Source: Lama glama
Taxonomy: Eukaryota
Length of the DNA: 64,000 nt
NCBI GenBank assembly: GCA_028534125.1
Contig: CM052822.1
Span: 68,572,001 to 68,636,000, forward strand
Reading direction: 5' to 3'
Shown here: positions 1 through 14,300 of the stretch, piece after piece
Layout of the letters: each line of letters opens with the position of its first letter
How positions within the stretch are numbered: position 1 is the first letter of the stretch
Position numbers and translations under genes: made by a program
Notes under the pieces: generated by a model
What the model was told of the DNA's origin: nothing
Seen by the model: only the letters and a program-made list of their open reading frames with translations
Databases searched by the model: none

Positions 1-99
1 ATTCTGGGAAACAGCAAGCTGAAGCAGACGTTTATGGAGATGCTCTGGTGTGGGCATGGTCATCTGAAGCCTGGATCCAAGGGCCCCTTTTCTCCATAG
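1..99 (+). CDS. TAS2R3: Bitter taste receptor type 2 member 3, C-terminal end (gene starts upstream of the window)
   Basis: Frame 1 reads ILGNSKLKQTFMEMLWCGHGHLKPGSKGPFSP*, matching the recalled human C-terminus ILGNSKLKQTF...GHLKPGSKGP. It lies upstream of TAS2R4 as expected. Intactness of the rest of the gene cannot be seen. Confidence 0.9.
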   Translation: MLGNSKLKQTFMEMLWCGHGHLKPGSKGPFSP

Positions 100-3000
100 G
101 GTGGCAGAGGGCACAGGAGGGAGCCCAGGGGTCCTTCGACCTGGTTCAAGGTTACAGGGCTCTTCCTGACCCCCCTGTTGCACCTGTTCTGTAACATCAA
201 TAGAAGAGACATTACTGCGTCACCCTGCCCCACCTGGGGACGCTTCTCGTAGCCTCTCTTTGTATGGTCATTTTGGAGAAGGTAAAATAGTCTTTGGAAG
301 ATGTCAGTATGGTAAAACCCTCCCTATGTAGACATGGAGTTGTATTTTAATAGCTATCAGCTCAACCTAACGAGCTGAGGACTAGCTTTAACTTCAGGTT
401 TATACAGACAGCGATCAGGTGATGTAAATAAAACAGTGTGGCAAACATGAGGGAAAGAGCAAAAGCATTGCAGTCCCACAGACTTGGGTTTGAATTCTGA
501 TTGTGTCCATTTTCTAGACTTTTTGGCCTTAGGTGAGTTACTTTAATTACCCGTTTGATCCTCTCTTCCCCCATTTTAAGATGCAGACTGTGGTATTGAC
601 CTCACAGGGTCTGAGAGATTCATGAGACAATGGATGTCAACATTTCGGAACAGTGTAAGTGCTCAGTGGGTGAAGCTGTTACTGTAACTGACAGTGGATT
701 TCTGCAGCAGCAGCAACCCCCACAAGACACCAGTTTCCACCAACCCGTTGTGTCATGACAACAGCAGTGGAGTGAAAACCAAGGCCCTTGGATACTAGGC
801 TCCAGTCCAGTCTGGTGGTGAAGTTATTTTGCTTTAATTTCAGGCAGTAATCCTTTGCATTCCTTTATTATTTTGCTAAGGTAAATCTTCAAGTAATTTT
901 TTATTTTTTAGATTGGACAAAAGTCTAAGAAGTTTTTTAAATTAACCAAGATACATATTTGTAAAATTTCATAGTTTTATTAAGAAATAAGCAGTTTTTA
1001 TAAGTGTAACCACTTTTATTTTAATAAAATTGTGTGGACTTTGATTTCGCTCCTGTCACTGAACAGTGCTGACAAGTTAGGACATTATGGCTTGAGACCT
1101 CAAACTTGTAAACATATTTAGGGCACATGACAGTTCTGAATCTGGACTTCTGTCGCTAATGGGCTCTCAGATATAAAGTTTTGTGGCTATGAATGTGTCC
1201 TGGTTCACATCCTGACCCTGAACTGGGTGACCCTGGGGAACTTTCTTAACGTCTCTCTATTTCACTTTCCTCACTTATAAAATGGGAATAGTAACAGTAT
1301 TTTTGGGATAGAGTGGTTGGAAGGAATGAGTGAGTTAACATATGAAAAATGCTTTGAGTCCCCCATGGAGTAAATAATAAATACTATTTATTTAATAATA
1401 AATGCTATTATTATTGTTGTTGTTATTGTTTTGTGAAAGGGGATACATGTTGACATAGCATGAAGGATCACCACATTACTTGGCAGTTGTTCATATGTAA
1501 CCATAAATTAATTTTTGGATTGTTCTGAGATTTATATATTCATTTCCAAAATTATAGGAATAAAATGTCTTTTGGTCTGCATTGTTTACTTTCAGATTGG
1601 ACCCTCTTGGAGCTGCTATGAAAATTCCTAATTCTGGCATAACTTAAAACTCCGTTTCAAAAAGGTATCTGTTGAAACATAAAAGAATGATTTAATAGTC
1701 ATTCATAATTCACTAAAATAGAAGGATTCTGAAATGAGTGCTTCTGTGATTAATAAAAATCTGTGCTGCTTTTCAGCACAGAGAAGTCTACATATGGAAA
1801 TCCCTACTCTCTCAATTGGCATCTGCTGTTTACCCCAAACCCTGCTCTTGAATTCATCCTCACCCACTCTTGAATACTTGTTGCTACTTTCTGTCACTTT
1901 GGTAACTTCTCTGCCTAGCTCTGACCTTCTAGTTCTTCAGCCCTTACCTGAATTCCTGATTCTGCCTTCTGCCTTAGGTGTGGGGATTTTCCTCCCTTTT
2001 AATTGAACATGACACTTTACTAGAGATCTTGGCTTGACTGATGTTTGTTTCTTGGTGCCTTTGGCTAACTTCTGAAGGATTCCTCCCTTCCATTTCTGCC
2101 ATGGCTCCATCAGCTCCTACCCTGACCTAGCAGACTCAAATGTGATGCCGTGAACTTGCTGAAGTTACCACCATTGTTCATTCCACCGGAGCCTGGAGTG
2201 TGGGTGGAAATACAGGATTCCCTGAGTGGGAGTCTGTAGTGGCAGTCCAGGTGGTTGAGTGCGAAGTTTCCTTCCCAGAGAGTAAATGAAATAAAATTCA
2301 TGGGCGTGGCATCCCCAGCTCCTCCCCTGTTTTCTCTTTCCTCTTTCAGAGAAATTTAGAGGTGACTCCTGAAAAATCTCCAACTTTGTTACATGACTTC
2401 AGCAATGTGTGGAGTGCCCTTAGCCAGAGTTTAGGGTAGGAGTAAGGATGTGGGTTGAGTAGTGGGTGAGGTGCTGAGGAAAGGAGTCTTACTTTTTGCT
2501 AGAGGCACACTGAAGGGAACTTTGGCTGTTTGGGAGAGACTATGGTCTTCTGAATCCACCAAGGGAAATACTTAATCTGCCAGATCCTCCCTGAGTTCTA
2601 GGCCATGGGGAAGAATTACTTAATGCCTCACCCCCATTTTTGAGAAATCCTGGAAGGGGTCTTTTTTTTTTTTTTTTTTTTTGCTTTCAGTTAGTTAACT
2701 GGTTGCTAAATACCGTGAGACTTTTAAATCTAGTTGTTTCACGCACAGAGGAGCAGAGCATGGTTTTCCCCCACTATGACCAGCTTCCTTTGGGTCAAAG
2801 TATGGGGACGAGAATTATTCCTACATTTGGAGTCCAGTTATATGCTAGATCTTGTTCCTGTGGCCACGTGTCTCCTGCAAGCACATCAGTCCTTTGGTGT
2901 GTTGCTGGGGGCTTTAACGCAAGTCAACACATGAGTCAACATACTGTCCACTTATGACAGTAGCTCATGAGACCTTCCACGTTTCCATCAGGGCCCCTGT

Positions 3001-5299
3001 GTTCTATGTCTCATGGTACTACTTCTCATTTTTGGTACTCTGGCCTCTTGGGCTGAGTTCATAGATCCTGACACTTAATGAGATTGAACTGTAGTTTGGG
3101 TCCAGGAAGATTCTAAGTGAAACAAATAAATAAACAACAACCCTCCCCACCAAAAAAAAAAAAACACAAAAATTACATTCCAACATTTCTCAGTTTCAGT
3201 GCTTACCATTGCTCATTATTTTGTACAGTATTTCTGCCATTTTCCAACTGTTGATGGACAGGGCTATCTAGAGGATCTTTTAAGTTGGGTTTGTGATTCT
3301 CTTGATTTGGGATAAGCAGAAAGGAAAGTCAGTGTTACTTGTTCATGTTCTGCAGGAGGTTCTGCTTTAAGAAAGCAAAAGTGACCTTATAAACAGCAAC
3401 TACTGCTGCTGCTTGTACGTTACTTTCTGGTATTTCTACATTTTGTTGGACTAGAAGAATGTACAATGTAGGGGCTAAGAATGTTAGTTCTGGAATTACA
3501 CATTTGGGTTCAAATCCTGACAACCGCCCCCCTCCCAGGCCCTTATTAGATGCATGATCTTTGGCAAGTTACCAAACCTCCTCGGACTTCAGTTTCCGAT
3601 ACTATAAAATAGGCATACTTGGCAGGATCGGTGTGAGGACCACATGTGTGCAAGGTGTTTTAGCAACTACAGCATAGTCAATGCACAGCAAATGTTCGCT
3701 GTTGATATTCTAACCTGTCAAGGGTTGAGCCTGCAGTAGGTGCCTCTTGGAGTCCTACTCTGATAACATGAAGCCCATGAAGCTTGTGTTGCTTGTGGTA
3801 ATAAGAGGACATGATATAAGGGGAAGTCTACTCTCCCCAGCCCCCAGGGGGTGGTGGGGAGGAGAAGGGCAGAAAGGAAAGGGACTGCAAGCAGGGAAGG
3901 CGAGAGTCTTGGTCTTCCTCCTTTCTGAGGACTGGTTGAAAGCTCCCTGTTTGAGGTCCATGGGAGCAAAGCATAGGCAGGCAGGGCGGGCAGCAACCAA
4001 GGGACAAGGACCTCTTCCTGGAAGCCCAGGGAGACAAGGACACTGAGGGAGAGGACGTGACACTTCTCTGCCGTCGTGGGGTACAGTTCATCTCAGCCCT
4101 TCCCAGTGCCCACCTGGACCCTAATTAAAGGGGAGAAGCATGGCTGGCGGGGGATGTCGCAGATGTTTTTATTTTTCCATCTACAGAAACTGAACATTTT
4201 TCTGAAGATACTCTTTGCATTATCCCGTTGGATTAAACACTTCCCCTGACCACAGGCGGAGGCTCAGGAGAAAATCTGTCTTACTTGTAGATAAAATTAA
4301 GAACATAATTTTTTTTCTCCACACATCTGAGTTTACAGAGTGAGTAAATTTGTTGACCACACTACAATTAAATTGTCACTGTAATTTGGTGGAGCTGGCC
4401 AGATGACCAGAACACTTCCAGGTTAACCCTGGAAAATATATTTTCAGAAGTTCGTGAGTGGAGTTTCTTGAAGTATTCTGTCTAGGCTGGCTGTCTGCCT
4501 GTTGCCAAATAACGTCCTCACAGCCCCAGAGCGGGATGATTTCTGAGGTTTTCTTGGTTGCTCGGGTTTGTACCGTTGCTGCCCAGCTGGCAGATCTCTT
4601 TGCGGAAGGGGTGGGTTCTGGATAGTTGCCAGATGCTCCTGTAATGTTTCAGGAATAAATACATTTCTTACTCCATTTTGATTCTGGCTTATCTTGATTC
4701 CAGTTCGTTCATGCACACCACAGACATTTTTTTTTAACACTCATTCTGCATAAAATACTGTAGTAGATCAGTTCTTATTCTCTAAAACATCCCATCTGAT
4801 GGACAATAAAGACACGGAAATGAGTATTTATTTCATCTCTACATCATTGAAACAGATGCTTCAGATATGATGAAGGAATCATCTTATCACCAGAGGGTTC
4901 CGGCACAGGTGATCTTCGTCTCTGGCTCCCTTTTGCGGCAGCCATGAAAACGCACTGCTCACTTTTCCCGCTGTGGGGAGTGAAACTTACTGAGGGCTCC
5001 TCGCCTCCTGCAGGCTGCTGTCAGCCGGTGCTGGAGCACTGGGGAGTATTAAGGTAAGCGTCTTCTGCTGGGACATGGTACTCTTCCAATAGGCAATTTT
5101 GGCCCAAGAACTCTCCATCAGCTTTTTTGGAACTGTGCTGTACTCTAGGATTCTTCCTACCCAATTCTTTTTCTTTCTCCCTCCCTTTTTATAGATATCA
5201 GACCTACAGTGCTGTCTGAATACTCTATTCACCTTCTCTTGCTCCCTGCCACCTAAAATTTCTTGCCTATCTAATTCTATTTCAGACTATGCTTCTTGT

Positions 5300-6455
5300 C
5301 TCACTGAAAGACAAGTGTTTTTGTTTTTTTTCTCACTTGCACTAGAATTTTGGAGATCATCCCAGATTCTTCCTTTTCCTTTAGTTTCAATATTCATTGG
5401 GTCACTAGATTCCTTTGGTTGTACTCAAATATTTTCTTTCAAATGTCCCCCAGTCTCTATTTCTACTTTTTTCAACCCACCAGAGTGACTGTAACAGAAT
5501 CCTAACCAGTTTCCTGTTTCCAGTTTCATCCCCTTCCCGCAGAGCATTTCCATGTTACTTGCATCGTGTTCTTCATGCAGTGAAAATACAATCACGGTGC
5601 TCCTCTCTTAAAGTCCTGCAGTGACTCTCGATTGCTCTACATGAAGTTCAGATGCCGTAGCTTGCAGCACGAAGCCATTCGTTATTTGACCCCCTATTTT
5701 CCTGTCTGGTTTCATCTTCCTACTCCTTACTTTTTCCAAAGAACCTTCTACTTTGGTTCCCAAATATGCCAAACTCTTCTAGCTGCTACACTTTTGTGTA
5801 AGCTGCTTTCTTTGCCTAGAATTCCCTTTCTTACTCATCAGCTTTGTTACCTCCCCATAGCCTTCAAGACCTGAGTCCTCCAGGAAACTTTCTCTGACTC
5901 TCTCAGATAAAGTTAAGGACTTACTCTGTGTGTTTTCCTAAAGTGTTAGATCAAATTACTGTAATGGTTATGTCCAAAATCTGTACCTATTCTGGCATAG
6001 ATACTTCATGATCTGTCTCTTATTTCTTTCCAGTTTTCTCACCACTTCTTCTCCTTGCATCGCTCCATTCTTCTGTTTCCTGAACCTACCACACTTTTTG
6101 TCACCTCTGAGTCTTCACATAGAGTTCTCCCCGCTGTTTCCAATATCCTTCTCCCTCCCACCCTAGACCTTTTTCTTGGACAACGCCTTTGCATCCTCAG
6201 GAGTTAATTTATATGTCTCCTTGACAAAGCCTTTCCTGAAGCCCCAAGGCTGGGTTAAATGCCCCTCCTGAACACTCCTACTGTACCCTTTGCTTTTCCT
6301 TATTATAGTACCCAATACAATGATCTAACTGTCTGTCTCTCCCACTATTCTGTATGCTCTTTGAAGGCAGAGTGTGCTGTGGGTGATTCTTTGTTTCCCC
6401 AGCTCCTAACATATATGTGACTGGCTGATAACAATTATAGAATAAATGAACTGAT
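5300..6455 (+). mobile_element. L2 LINE fragments
   Basis: Pyrimidine-rich L2 3' region ending gaataaatgaactga. Confidence 0.6.
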
Positions 6456-8932
6456 GAGGGGCGCCTAGGTTACTGGAAAGACTCAGTCTCAGAAAGACCT
6501 CCCAACTTAGCCACCGATTTTCTGTGATACCTGGCAGTCCCATACTTCTTTCGTCTTCATTTTCCTCATCTGTAAGGAAGAATAACCAGATCTCTCTCCG
6601 AGAACTATTTTAAAGACTAACTGAGATTTATGATGCCCAGTGCACTGCTGGGGACATAATACGTGCTCAGAAAAGCTGAAGAAATCCAAATTTCCTTCTT
6701 TCTTCCTCCTAGACAACATTGGTACTTTTAAAAAAACAATTCAAAGTTTGTTAATTCTCATTTATTCATGACTGATTTTATCCTTCAGAGCCTTCATCAG
6801 ATAAAGTAAGTCATTCTTTTGCTTTGACTGTTTGCCCTAAAACTTGCCCTACAGATCTATCTGCCAGGCAGCAGAGTTTGGACTCATGGCTGCAGTGCAT
6901 CCACCAGTGGGTCTTCTTGGGCTCCAATAAATAGTCAGACTTATAAGACTATCTCAGGCCACTCTGTGTACTCAGATGGATATAGTTAAGGATCCAGTTC
7001 ACCAGCAGAGAAGTGTCAGGCCTTCTTTTGCAGAGTCCTTGCTGCCAGTTATAACAGTTCAGGTGCAAGGAGAGGAGATCCACATTTGGGTAAGGATGGA
7101 GCTGCCCTAAAATAAAAGCTTCATGTCCCAAAAGAGCCAATTTCTCTTGTAATAATTTCAGAGATACACCTTCCAGGATTAAACCAAAGGATACACACGT
7201 AAGAGTTATCTGCCACATTCGAGGGAGCAGGAGGTCTCCATAAGATACTTATGTTTAACTGAAGGTGAGATTCTCATGCAGAGGGAGAAAGGATTTTGTT
7301 GACACTTTTCCCATAATGACCCTTTCAGAAATAACTTCAGACAGAAGCAGCTTACTCACTAATCATGCTTGCCAACATGATCACATCTGAATTATAGTAC
7401 CTCCTGCTACCAAGAACCCAACAATCTTGTATATCACACTCTGAATGGGATCTGTTACTGTCCAATACTGGCTTTTCCCCTCTTTGGGGGAACATTTAAT
7501 TCTTATATCTTACTCCATATTGCTTATTCTATGTAACTGTGGTATTTGTAATGTTTCAAGTTAATTACTCTAATTCAGTAATCTATTTTATAGATAGTTA
7601 AGTGGAAATATGTGCTATGATAAAATCTTTCTTTTAATCGTTGCCTTGCTTGTTCACTCCGTGTTGCCTGTTTGATCTGGCCATGCCTCTGTCGATGCCC
7701 ATTAGTTTTGTACAGAAAACTAGGCTCTGGATCAGGGAATTCCTCCAGGTTGTCTTCCTATCATCTGTCTTAACGAGCCTCATGAATTTACTTTCCTTTT
7801 CTGGCCCTGGTCATCTTCCTGTCTTACCCCCTTCTTTTTATCTGTTCCTGTTTGGATTTGGTAGTAGGACTTTGTGTGGGTCACCTGGATGCCGTTTTGT
7901 AGCCTGTATGTGGTTGCATCCAGGCCTGCACCTTGACTTCACTCAACTGTTAGAGGAGTTACGAGGCACCACACTCTTGCACTCACTCATGGTCTTTGAA
8001 AATGTAACTTACCAGGTATACTGTGCCCTTTACCATCTAAGAAACTACAGAGAAATCAGGCAATGATATGCCTGTCTATTAGGCACACAAAACTATAACT
8101 AAAGCATTACTGTGTATCTAGTACCAGAGTACTTTGATTGCCAGTTAACTGCCTGAGAGAAAATAGCCAAGTGTGATCTAAGCATAAACTCAGATCTAAA
8201 AAGAAAAAACGTGGATGAGCTGACATTTCTTTTCCAAGCAGAAGCAGATCACAGCAAATAACTATGGCACAAATCTATGTAAATGGTTAGGAGAGAATGC
8301 AAAGTAGAGGAGTCATCGTGAAAGGATGGCATTAGTTGAAAAAGGCTTTCTCCAGGAGTTCTTGAACTTGGTCTATTAGGTAACTGTAAATCACAGTAGA
8401 TGCTAAGGGATGAAAGAGTAACATTGGCATGGCCAGCATGACAGATGGAGGAAATGGTTGCAACATCAACAGATTGGAGGGGAGAGAGAAGTTGGATCTG
8501 GGTGATCCATGGGTGTGTGGGTGGGGTGGGTAGGAGTGAGGCATGGGAACTCCCACCATATACTTAGGTATGAAGAAAAGCTGCATTCATGGGGAAACAG
8601 TGAAGGAAAAAATGCTGGACTGGAACTCTTATCATTGGACTTGAAGTTCTTGGAGTGTGCCATAATTCCTCCTTCTATCTCTCCTTCTCTTGGAGAAGTA
8701 GACTCCCAGGTTTACCTCGGCTGTTTTAATTTGGCATTTCTAAGAAAAACAGGATATGCATGAAGAAATAGTAATGCAATCCTTGGAAGATTTGCATCTC
8801 AGTAAAAGCAGCTGGCTCTTGAGCCACTAATGCTCATTTGCCACACTGGGGAAAATTAAAAAAGGAAATGTCCTTCCTGGCTTGCTACTGGTGCCTACTT
8901 AGACATTTAGTATTCCTCTTCAATGTGTAAAG

Positions 8933-9820
8933 ATGCGTCAGGCGTTCTTTTTTTCTTCTCTTATTATCTCAGCAATTGTGACTTCTGTTGGAGTCATTGC
9001 AAATCTGTTCATTGCAGTGACTAATTACAAGAATTGGGTCAAAAGCCACAAGATCTCCTCTTCTGATAGAATCCTGTTCAGCTTGGGCATCACCCGAGTT
9101 CTCATCCTGGGACTGAGTACTGTTTTCTTCATCTTTTCAAGTATTCGAAGGTCAGTCTCCCCATCCGCTTATTTCCTGTTGTGTTGGTTGTTTTTGGACT
9201 CTAATAGTCTTTGGTTTGTAACCTTGCTCAACGCCTTGTACTGTGTGAAGATTACTAACTACCAACACCCAATTTTTCTCCTGCTGAAACGAAATCTCTC
9301 CCCCAAAATGCCCAGGCTGCTGCTGGCCTGTGTGCTGATTTCTGCCTTTACCGCACTCCTGCATGTTGTGCTCCGAGAAGCATCACGCTCTCTGGAATTG
9401 GTGACCGGGAGAAATGGCACCGTTTGTGACATCAATGAGGAAATCTTCCTTTTGGTGAGCCCTTGGCTCTTGAGCTCATGTCTGCAGTTCTCCCTTAATG
9501 TGACTTCTGCTTCCTTGTTAATAAATTCCTTGAGGAGACACATCCAGAAGATGCAGAGAAGTGCCACTGCACTTTGGACTCCCCAGACCGAGGCTCATGT
9601 GGGTGCTATGAAGCTGATGATCTGTTTCCTCATACTCTACGTTCCATATTCAGTTGCTTCCCTGCTCCATTATCTCCCTTCTGTAGCGAGTGATTTGAGA
9701 CTCAAGTCCATTTATATTATTATTTCCACCTTTTACCCTCCAGCACATTCTGTTCTCATTATTCTCACACATCCTAAACTGAAAACGAAAGCAAAGAAGA
9801 TTCTTCACTTCAATAAATAG
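8933..9820 (+). CDS. TAS2R4: Bitter taste receptor type 2 member 4, intact intronless 295-aa 7TM GPCR
   Basis: TAS2R motifs: TM1 Asn (GVIANLFI), SSSDRILFSLGITR, SLWFVTLLNALYCVKITN, ECL2 sequon NGT, SLRRHIQKMQ, TEAHVGAMKLM, HSVLIILTHPKLK. C-terminus KTKAKKILHFNK is typical of TAS2R4. Confidence 0.96.
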   Translation: MRQAFFFSSLIISAIVTSVGVIANLFIAVTNYKNWVKSHKISSSDRILFSLGITRVLILGLSTVFFIFSSIRRSVSPSAYFLLCWLFLDSNSLWFVTLLNALYCVKITNYQHPIFLLLKRNLSPKMPRLLLACVLISAFTALLHVVLREASRSLELVTGRNGTVCDINEEIFLLVSPWLLSSCLQFSLNVTSASLLINSLRRHIQKMQRSATALWTPQTEAHVGAMKLMICFLILYVPYSVASLLHYLPSVASDLRLKSIYIIISTFYPPAHSVLIILTHPKLKTKAKKILHFNK

Positions 9821-12800
9821 AGGAGTTTCGATAATAGATGGTGGCTGGAGTCACCTCATCCAGAGCAGGATTTTCTTCGTTAGCAGCTTTCCCAGTGGTC
9901 TGAGGAATTCATTTTTTGTAATTGCTAATCTGACTTCCTAGGCCTTCAAGTACCTGTATTTCAGTGTAGATATATATATATATATATATAGCTAATATTT
10001 TTAAATTAGGCACTTTCTCTGAGGAACTTGTTTAGGGTCATTGCTTATCATGTATTTTGCATGGGTGTTGCATTCCTGGATAATGGAAATCACCATGTTG
10101 TTCTGCTGGCTTCTGAAGTATAATGAGAAGTTCTCCCAGTTCAAGCAGTGCATTAAGGTTCATATCTTTAGTTACATTGTTGAGGTTTAGCTGAGGAACC
10201 CTGGGAAAGGGCTCAGCAATAGATAAATGGTCGTTGGGAACCGCTACACTGGCTTAAAGCGTAGCAAGAGGTGCAAAGAACAAAGGAGAAAAGGAAAGTG
10301 TCAGAGAAGAGAGGAAAGAGAAACAACAAAAGAACTAGGTGTACATTGTGGCAGATGTACAGAAAAAATGTCCTCAGCTTTCTGAGGGACAGTAACTGAC
10401 CTTTTACTACCGGGAAACTCTCGGGCTGAATTTTGGGATTTGTACTGGAAAGAATGGAAGGGCCAGAGTTGATGAGTGGAGGGAAGTCACTAGTATTAAA
10501 GAAGCCCAGTCCAGGATGGTTTCAAGGATCTTAAAATCCAGGGAGCTAGTCTAAGGTCAAAAGCAAGTGCCAAATAGTGAAATTAGCACAATCTGAATGC
10601 GACTTTACCCAAGATTGTGCCCTATCATATCATACGGAATTCAGTGGAAAGTCAAGAGGAGTCATTGGACTGGTGGTGGGGACATCTGACTTTTGGTGAA
10701 TTTGTGTCATCTCTGCATGAATTTATGCACTGAATTTTATGGGCACTGCATCATTCTCCAGGAGATTGCTGGCTTGTTTGTTTGTTTAATTAAAACAGCA
10801 GGACTGTGGCTACAGAGGAACAGAAATCTGAAGGCAGAATATTGATGTTCTGAAATGGAAATTGGGGAATGATAATTTATGTAGTTTTTTGGTACTTATA
10901 GGATATGTAATATTTACACATCTCAAAATAAATAATCTTATTAAAATAACATTCTCTTTATTAAAAAAGAAAAAACCCTGAGAAATCTCCCGATTTTACA
11001 AATTACTTGATTTTCCCCATTTCAGCCATCAGAATCTTGACTACAATATTCAGTAAAGATTACCCAAACCAATATTCTGTGCTACAAAACCTGGAGGTAT
11101 TCCTCATGTCAGATTCTGAAGATTAAGAGAGTGATTAAATGTACACCATGACATAAGAACTTTGAATGAGTAGCAGAAACCCTCATGGGTCCCCAGTATA
11201 TGTTCTCTTGCCCTTCTCTTACATAGTTATAGAATTTTTAGCGACCCAGAATTTTGGCAGCTTATTACGTTTTATAGCTTCCTCATAAATAGGTGTTATC
11301 AAGTGATCAATTTCTGTGAATATAGTATGAGCAGAAGTCATGTGTATAATTTCTAGGTGGCACATATAGAACAGGTATATGCCTTCCATTCCTTTCTCCT
11401 CTTCCTCTTCCTATGGGCTGGAATGTCAATGTAATGATTGACCATCTTGGACCATGCAGATGAGGTGACAGTTACTCATCCTAGAGTTGGCTGTTGAGTT
11501 TCTGCTGCACCAACTCTGAACTGCTTACACCTTCACCCCAGGACTGTTCATGAAAAATTAACATCTCCATTGTTTCAGACACTGGTTTTGTGTTTCTATT
11601 GCCTTCCTCAAATAACTTATGCTATACCATAAAGATGTGCAATATTGTATATCTTTATGATGAAGTAGTATGTAGTTATTTACCATCGTCTAGTCAAAGA
11701 ACATTTTATATGACCTGAGAAAATAGTTATAATATACTACTAAGTGAAATAAAAATAAAAACACGTGTATGCAGTATGATGCAGATTTTTTGTAAAAAAT
11801 ATATATATGCAAAGAATATTTAAAAATGGCAATTATTTTTGGGTGGAAGGTTTTGAGTAATTTTTTCTTCACATCACCTAAATTTTACTTAAACAAATGT
11901 GTCTAGGTTTCCCTGATCATTGTTACCAGCTTTCTGTTGATGAGCCATTTTCAGTTGTTTCAGCTGTCAAAAAAGGAAAAAAAAAAACAGACAAACAAAA
12001 ACACTGACAAAAGAAAGAAGGGATTAAGAGGAAGAAGACAGTAGTCTTTTAAAGCATGAATCGAATGTAACTTTTAAGATAGCCTCAGATGCCAGGATCT
12101 TCCGGTAAAACTGAAGCTTACTGAAGGTGTTTAAAATAAGTTTCCTGATAATGTTCTTTTTTTATAAGTTAAAGCTGGGATGGACCCTCTAGCCTAGCCC
12201 ACTGCTTCTCAGGGAGGGCTGGAGAGGTTGGGACTTTCTTTCAAATTTTGTATGCCCTGCCTCCCATTCTCCCTGGGGGTGGGAGTAGAAGAGGAGAGTG
12301 GTGGTTTGACAGACCTCTAAGGACTTGGATAACTGGCCCATGGCCAGTTTTATTCCTTGAGGGAGAAAAAGGTGAAAAGAAGCTCCATGAATGTATGAAA
12401 ATTTGCCTGGCATGGAAATTAACAACAAATAAGAGACAGGAGTTAAAGGAGGTCAGGGAGGGGCTGGAGGGTAAAGACAACAGCGGGAGGAGGGGCACGG
12501 ACTGCAGGCCATCCTCCCCACGTGGGTGAGGTGGGTGTCAGGTCAGTCTGCTGGGGGAGCGCCAGTGGTAACTTCATGTCAGAACAGCTAGATTGTTCCC
12601 CGGATTATGGCTGTGGGGTGTGTGTATAGGTCTGGGAAAAGGTATGACTATAACTCTGCGTAAGTAGAAGGAGCGTGAGGTCCTGGGTGATGGCTCGATA
12701 TGTGTGCAGCTTGCTTGCAAATGAGGTGCCTAAACACAGGTACATACTTGATTTGTTTGATGATTTTTCTTACCTATTTTAAATACAGGAAAATTATTTA

Positions 12801-13689
12801 TCTTAATTTTGCTGCTTTCATAGTTGGGAGAATGACTATATAATGATCTGAATTCAGGTATCTCAAGAGAAGAAATAATTAAATACATTGATATTACTCA
12901 GAAAATCTCTCTAATGCCTACCTATCCCTCTGTATCTTTGACTTCTCTGTGTTTTTAAAGGCCTGTGGTAATCAGTCTCCTATCTTTGCTCATGCTTTCC
13001 TTTAGAAATTCTGGAATTTTACAGAGCTGATCACCTTCCTTTAGAAGCAGCAGCGCAGTTCGTGTATTTCTAGACTGCGGATGACCGCAGACCTCACATG
13101 CTCTCCTACTTTATTGACAGGAGTGATTATGGAGAGAAATCCCCAAGGAAGGAAAGAACACTAACATTAATTTCTAGGCACCAGGCTAGGTAATTTCATA
13201 CGTCCTTTTATCCTCACAGTAGCCCAGTGAGGTAAACAATATTACCGTAATTTTTATAAAGAGGAACCAGGAGCTCTGAGAGGGTAATCGACTGGTCTAA
13301 GGACACAGCTACTAACTGGCTGAGTTGGGAAGCAAACCCAAATTTGTGTTTGAAGCGCATTACCTTTCTATGACTGGCCACAAGTTCCCCTATTTAAATT
13401 TCCCTTATAAGGAGCTAGTCATGACCTTTTGTTCCATTGAGAGCTGGAACCAGCATGAACCTGCGGGCGCTTTGCTTTGGATGAGCAGATATTCAGAAAG
13501 CCCTGTCTGCCCACTCTGTTGCTTGGCTCTTTTCTGAGCATGATCTTTCAGTGTTGGGGGAAAACCTCGGTCTCCTAAGTCTCCTCTGGAAAAGCACAAT
13601 TCTCAAACTGCTAAAAGTGTAATTTTCATGCAAACAGCTTTATTCAACTGAGTTTTATATAACTTTTCAAAAATAAAGTTTTAATTTTT

Positions 13690-14300
13690 TGTCTTATTTT
13701 GTTTTTTAGAAAAGTTGCAAACAGAGTACAGAGTTCCCATAATCCCCTCTCTCAGCTTTCCTGATGCTAATGCCTCACATAACCTGGTATATTTGCTACA
13801 ACTAAGAAACTAGCATTTATGCATTAACTAGTAACAAAACTACAGACTGTATTCAAATTTAACCAGTTTCCCCACACATACTCTTCTTCTATTCCTGAAT
13901 CGAATCCAGGATATCACATTGCATTTAGTCGTCAGGTAGTTTTAGTCTCCTCTGATTTGTGATGTTTCTCCATCCTTCTTTGTTTTCCATGACCTTCACA
14001 GCTTGGATGATGACTGTCCAGGCATTAATCTAGCTTTGTCTGTTTTTCCCACAGGCAGGCTGGGGTTGTGGGCCCTTGGGGAAGAGTGCAAGAGATGTGA
14101 AGTACCTTTCTCACACCACGTCACGTCAGGGTGCGTGATGTCATCATGACCTGCCTTTGGTCATGCTAACCTGTTTTGCTCGGTTAAGGTGGTTATCTGC
14201 CAGGTTTCTCCACTCACTGTCTGGTTACTCTGGTTCCCTTTCCAGACATTCTTGATTAGAATAAGTCTCTAAGTCCAGCTCCCTCTCAAGGAACGGGGAA
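13690..14300 (-). mobile_element. Old L1M 3' end
   Basis: agaaaagttgcaa...atccaggatatcacattgcatttagtcgtca motifs. Confidence 0.65.

Noticed and set aside
14115-14150. Clustered CRE-like motifs (cacgtcacgtca)
   Set aside because: Inside a decayed L1 and not next to a supported transcription start.
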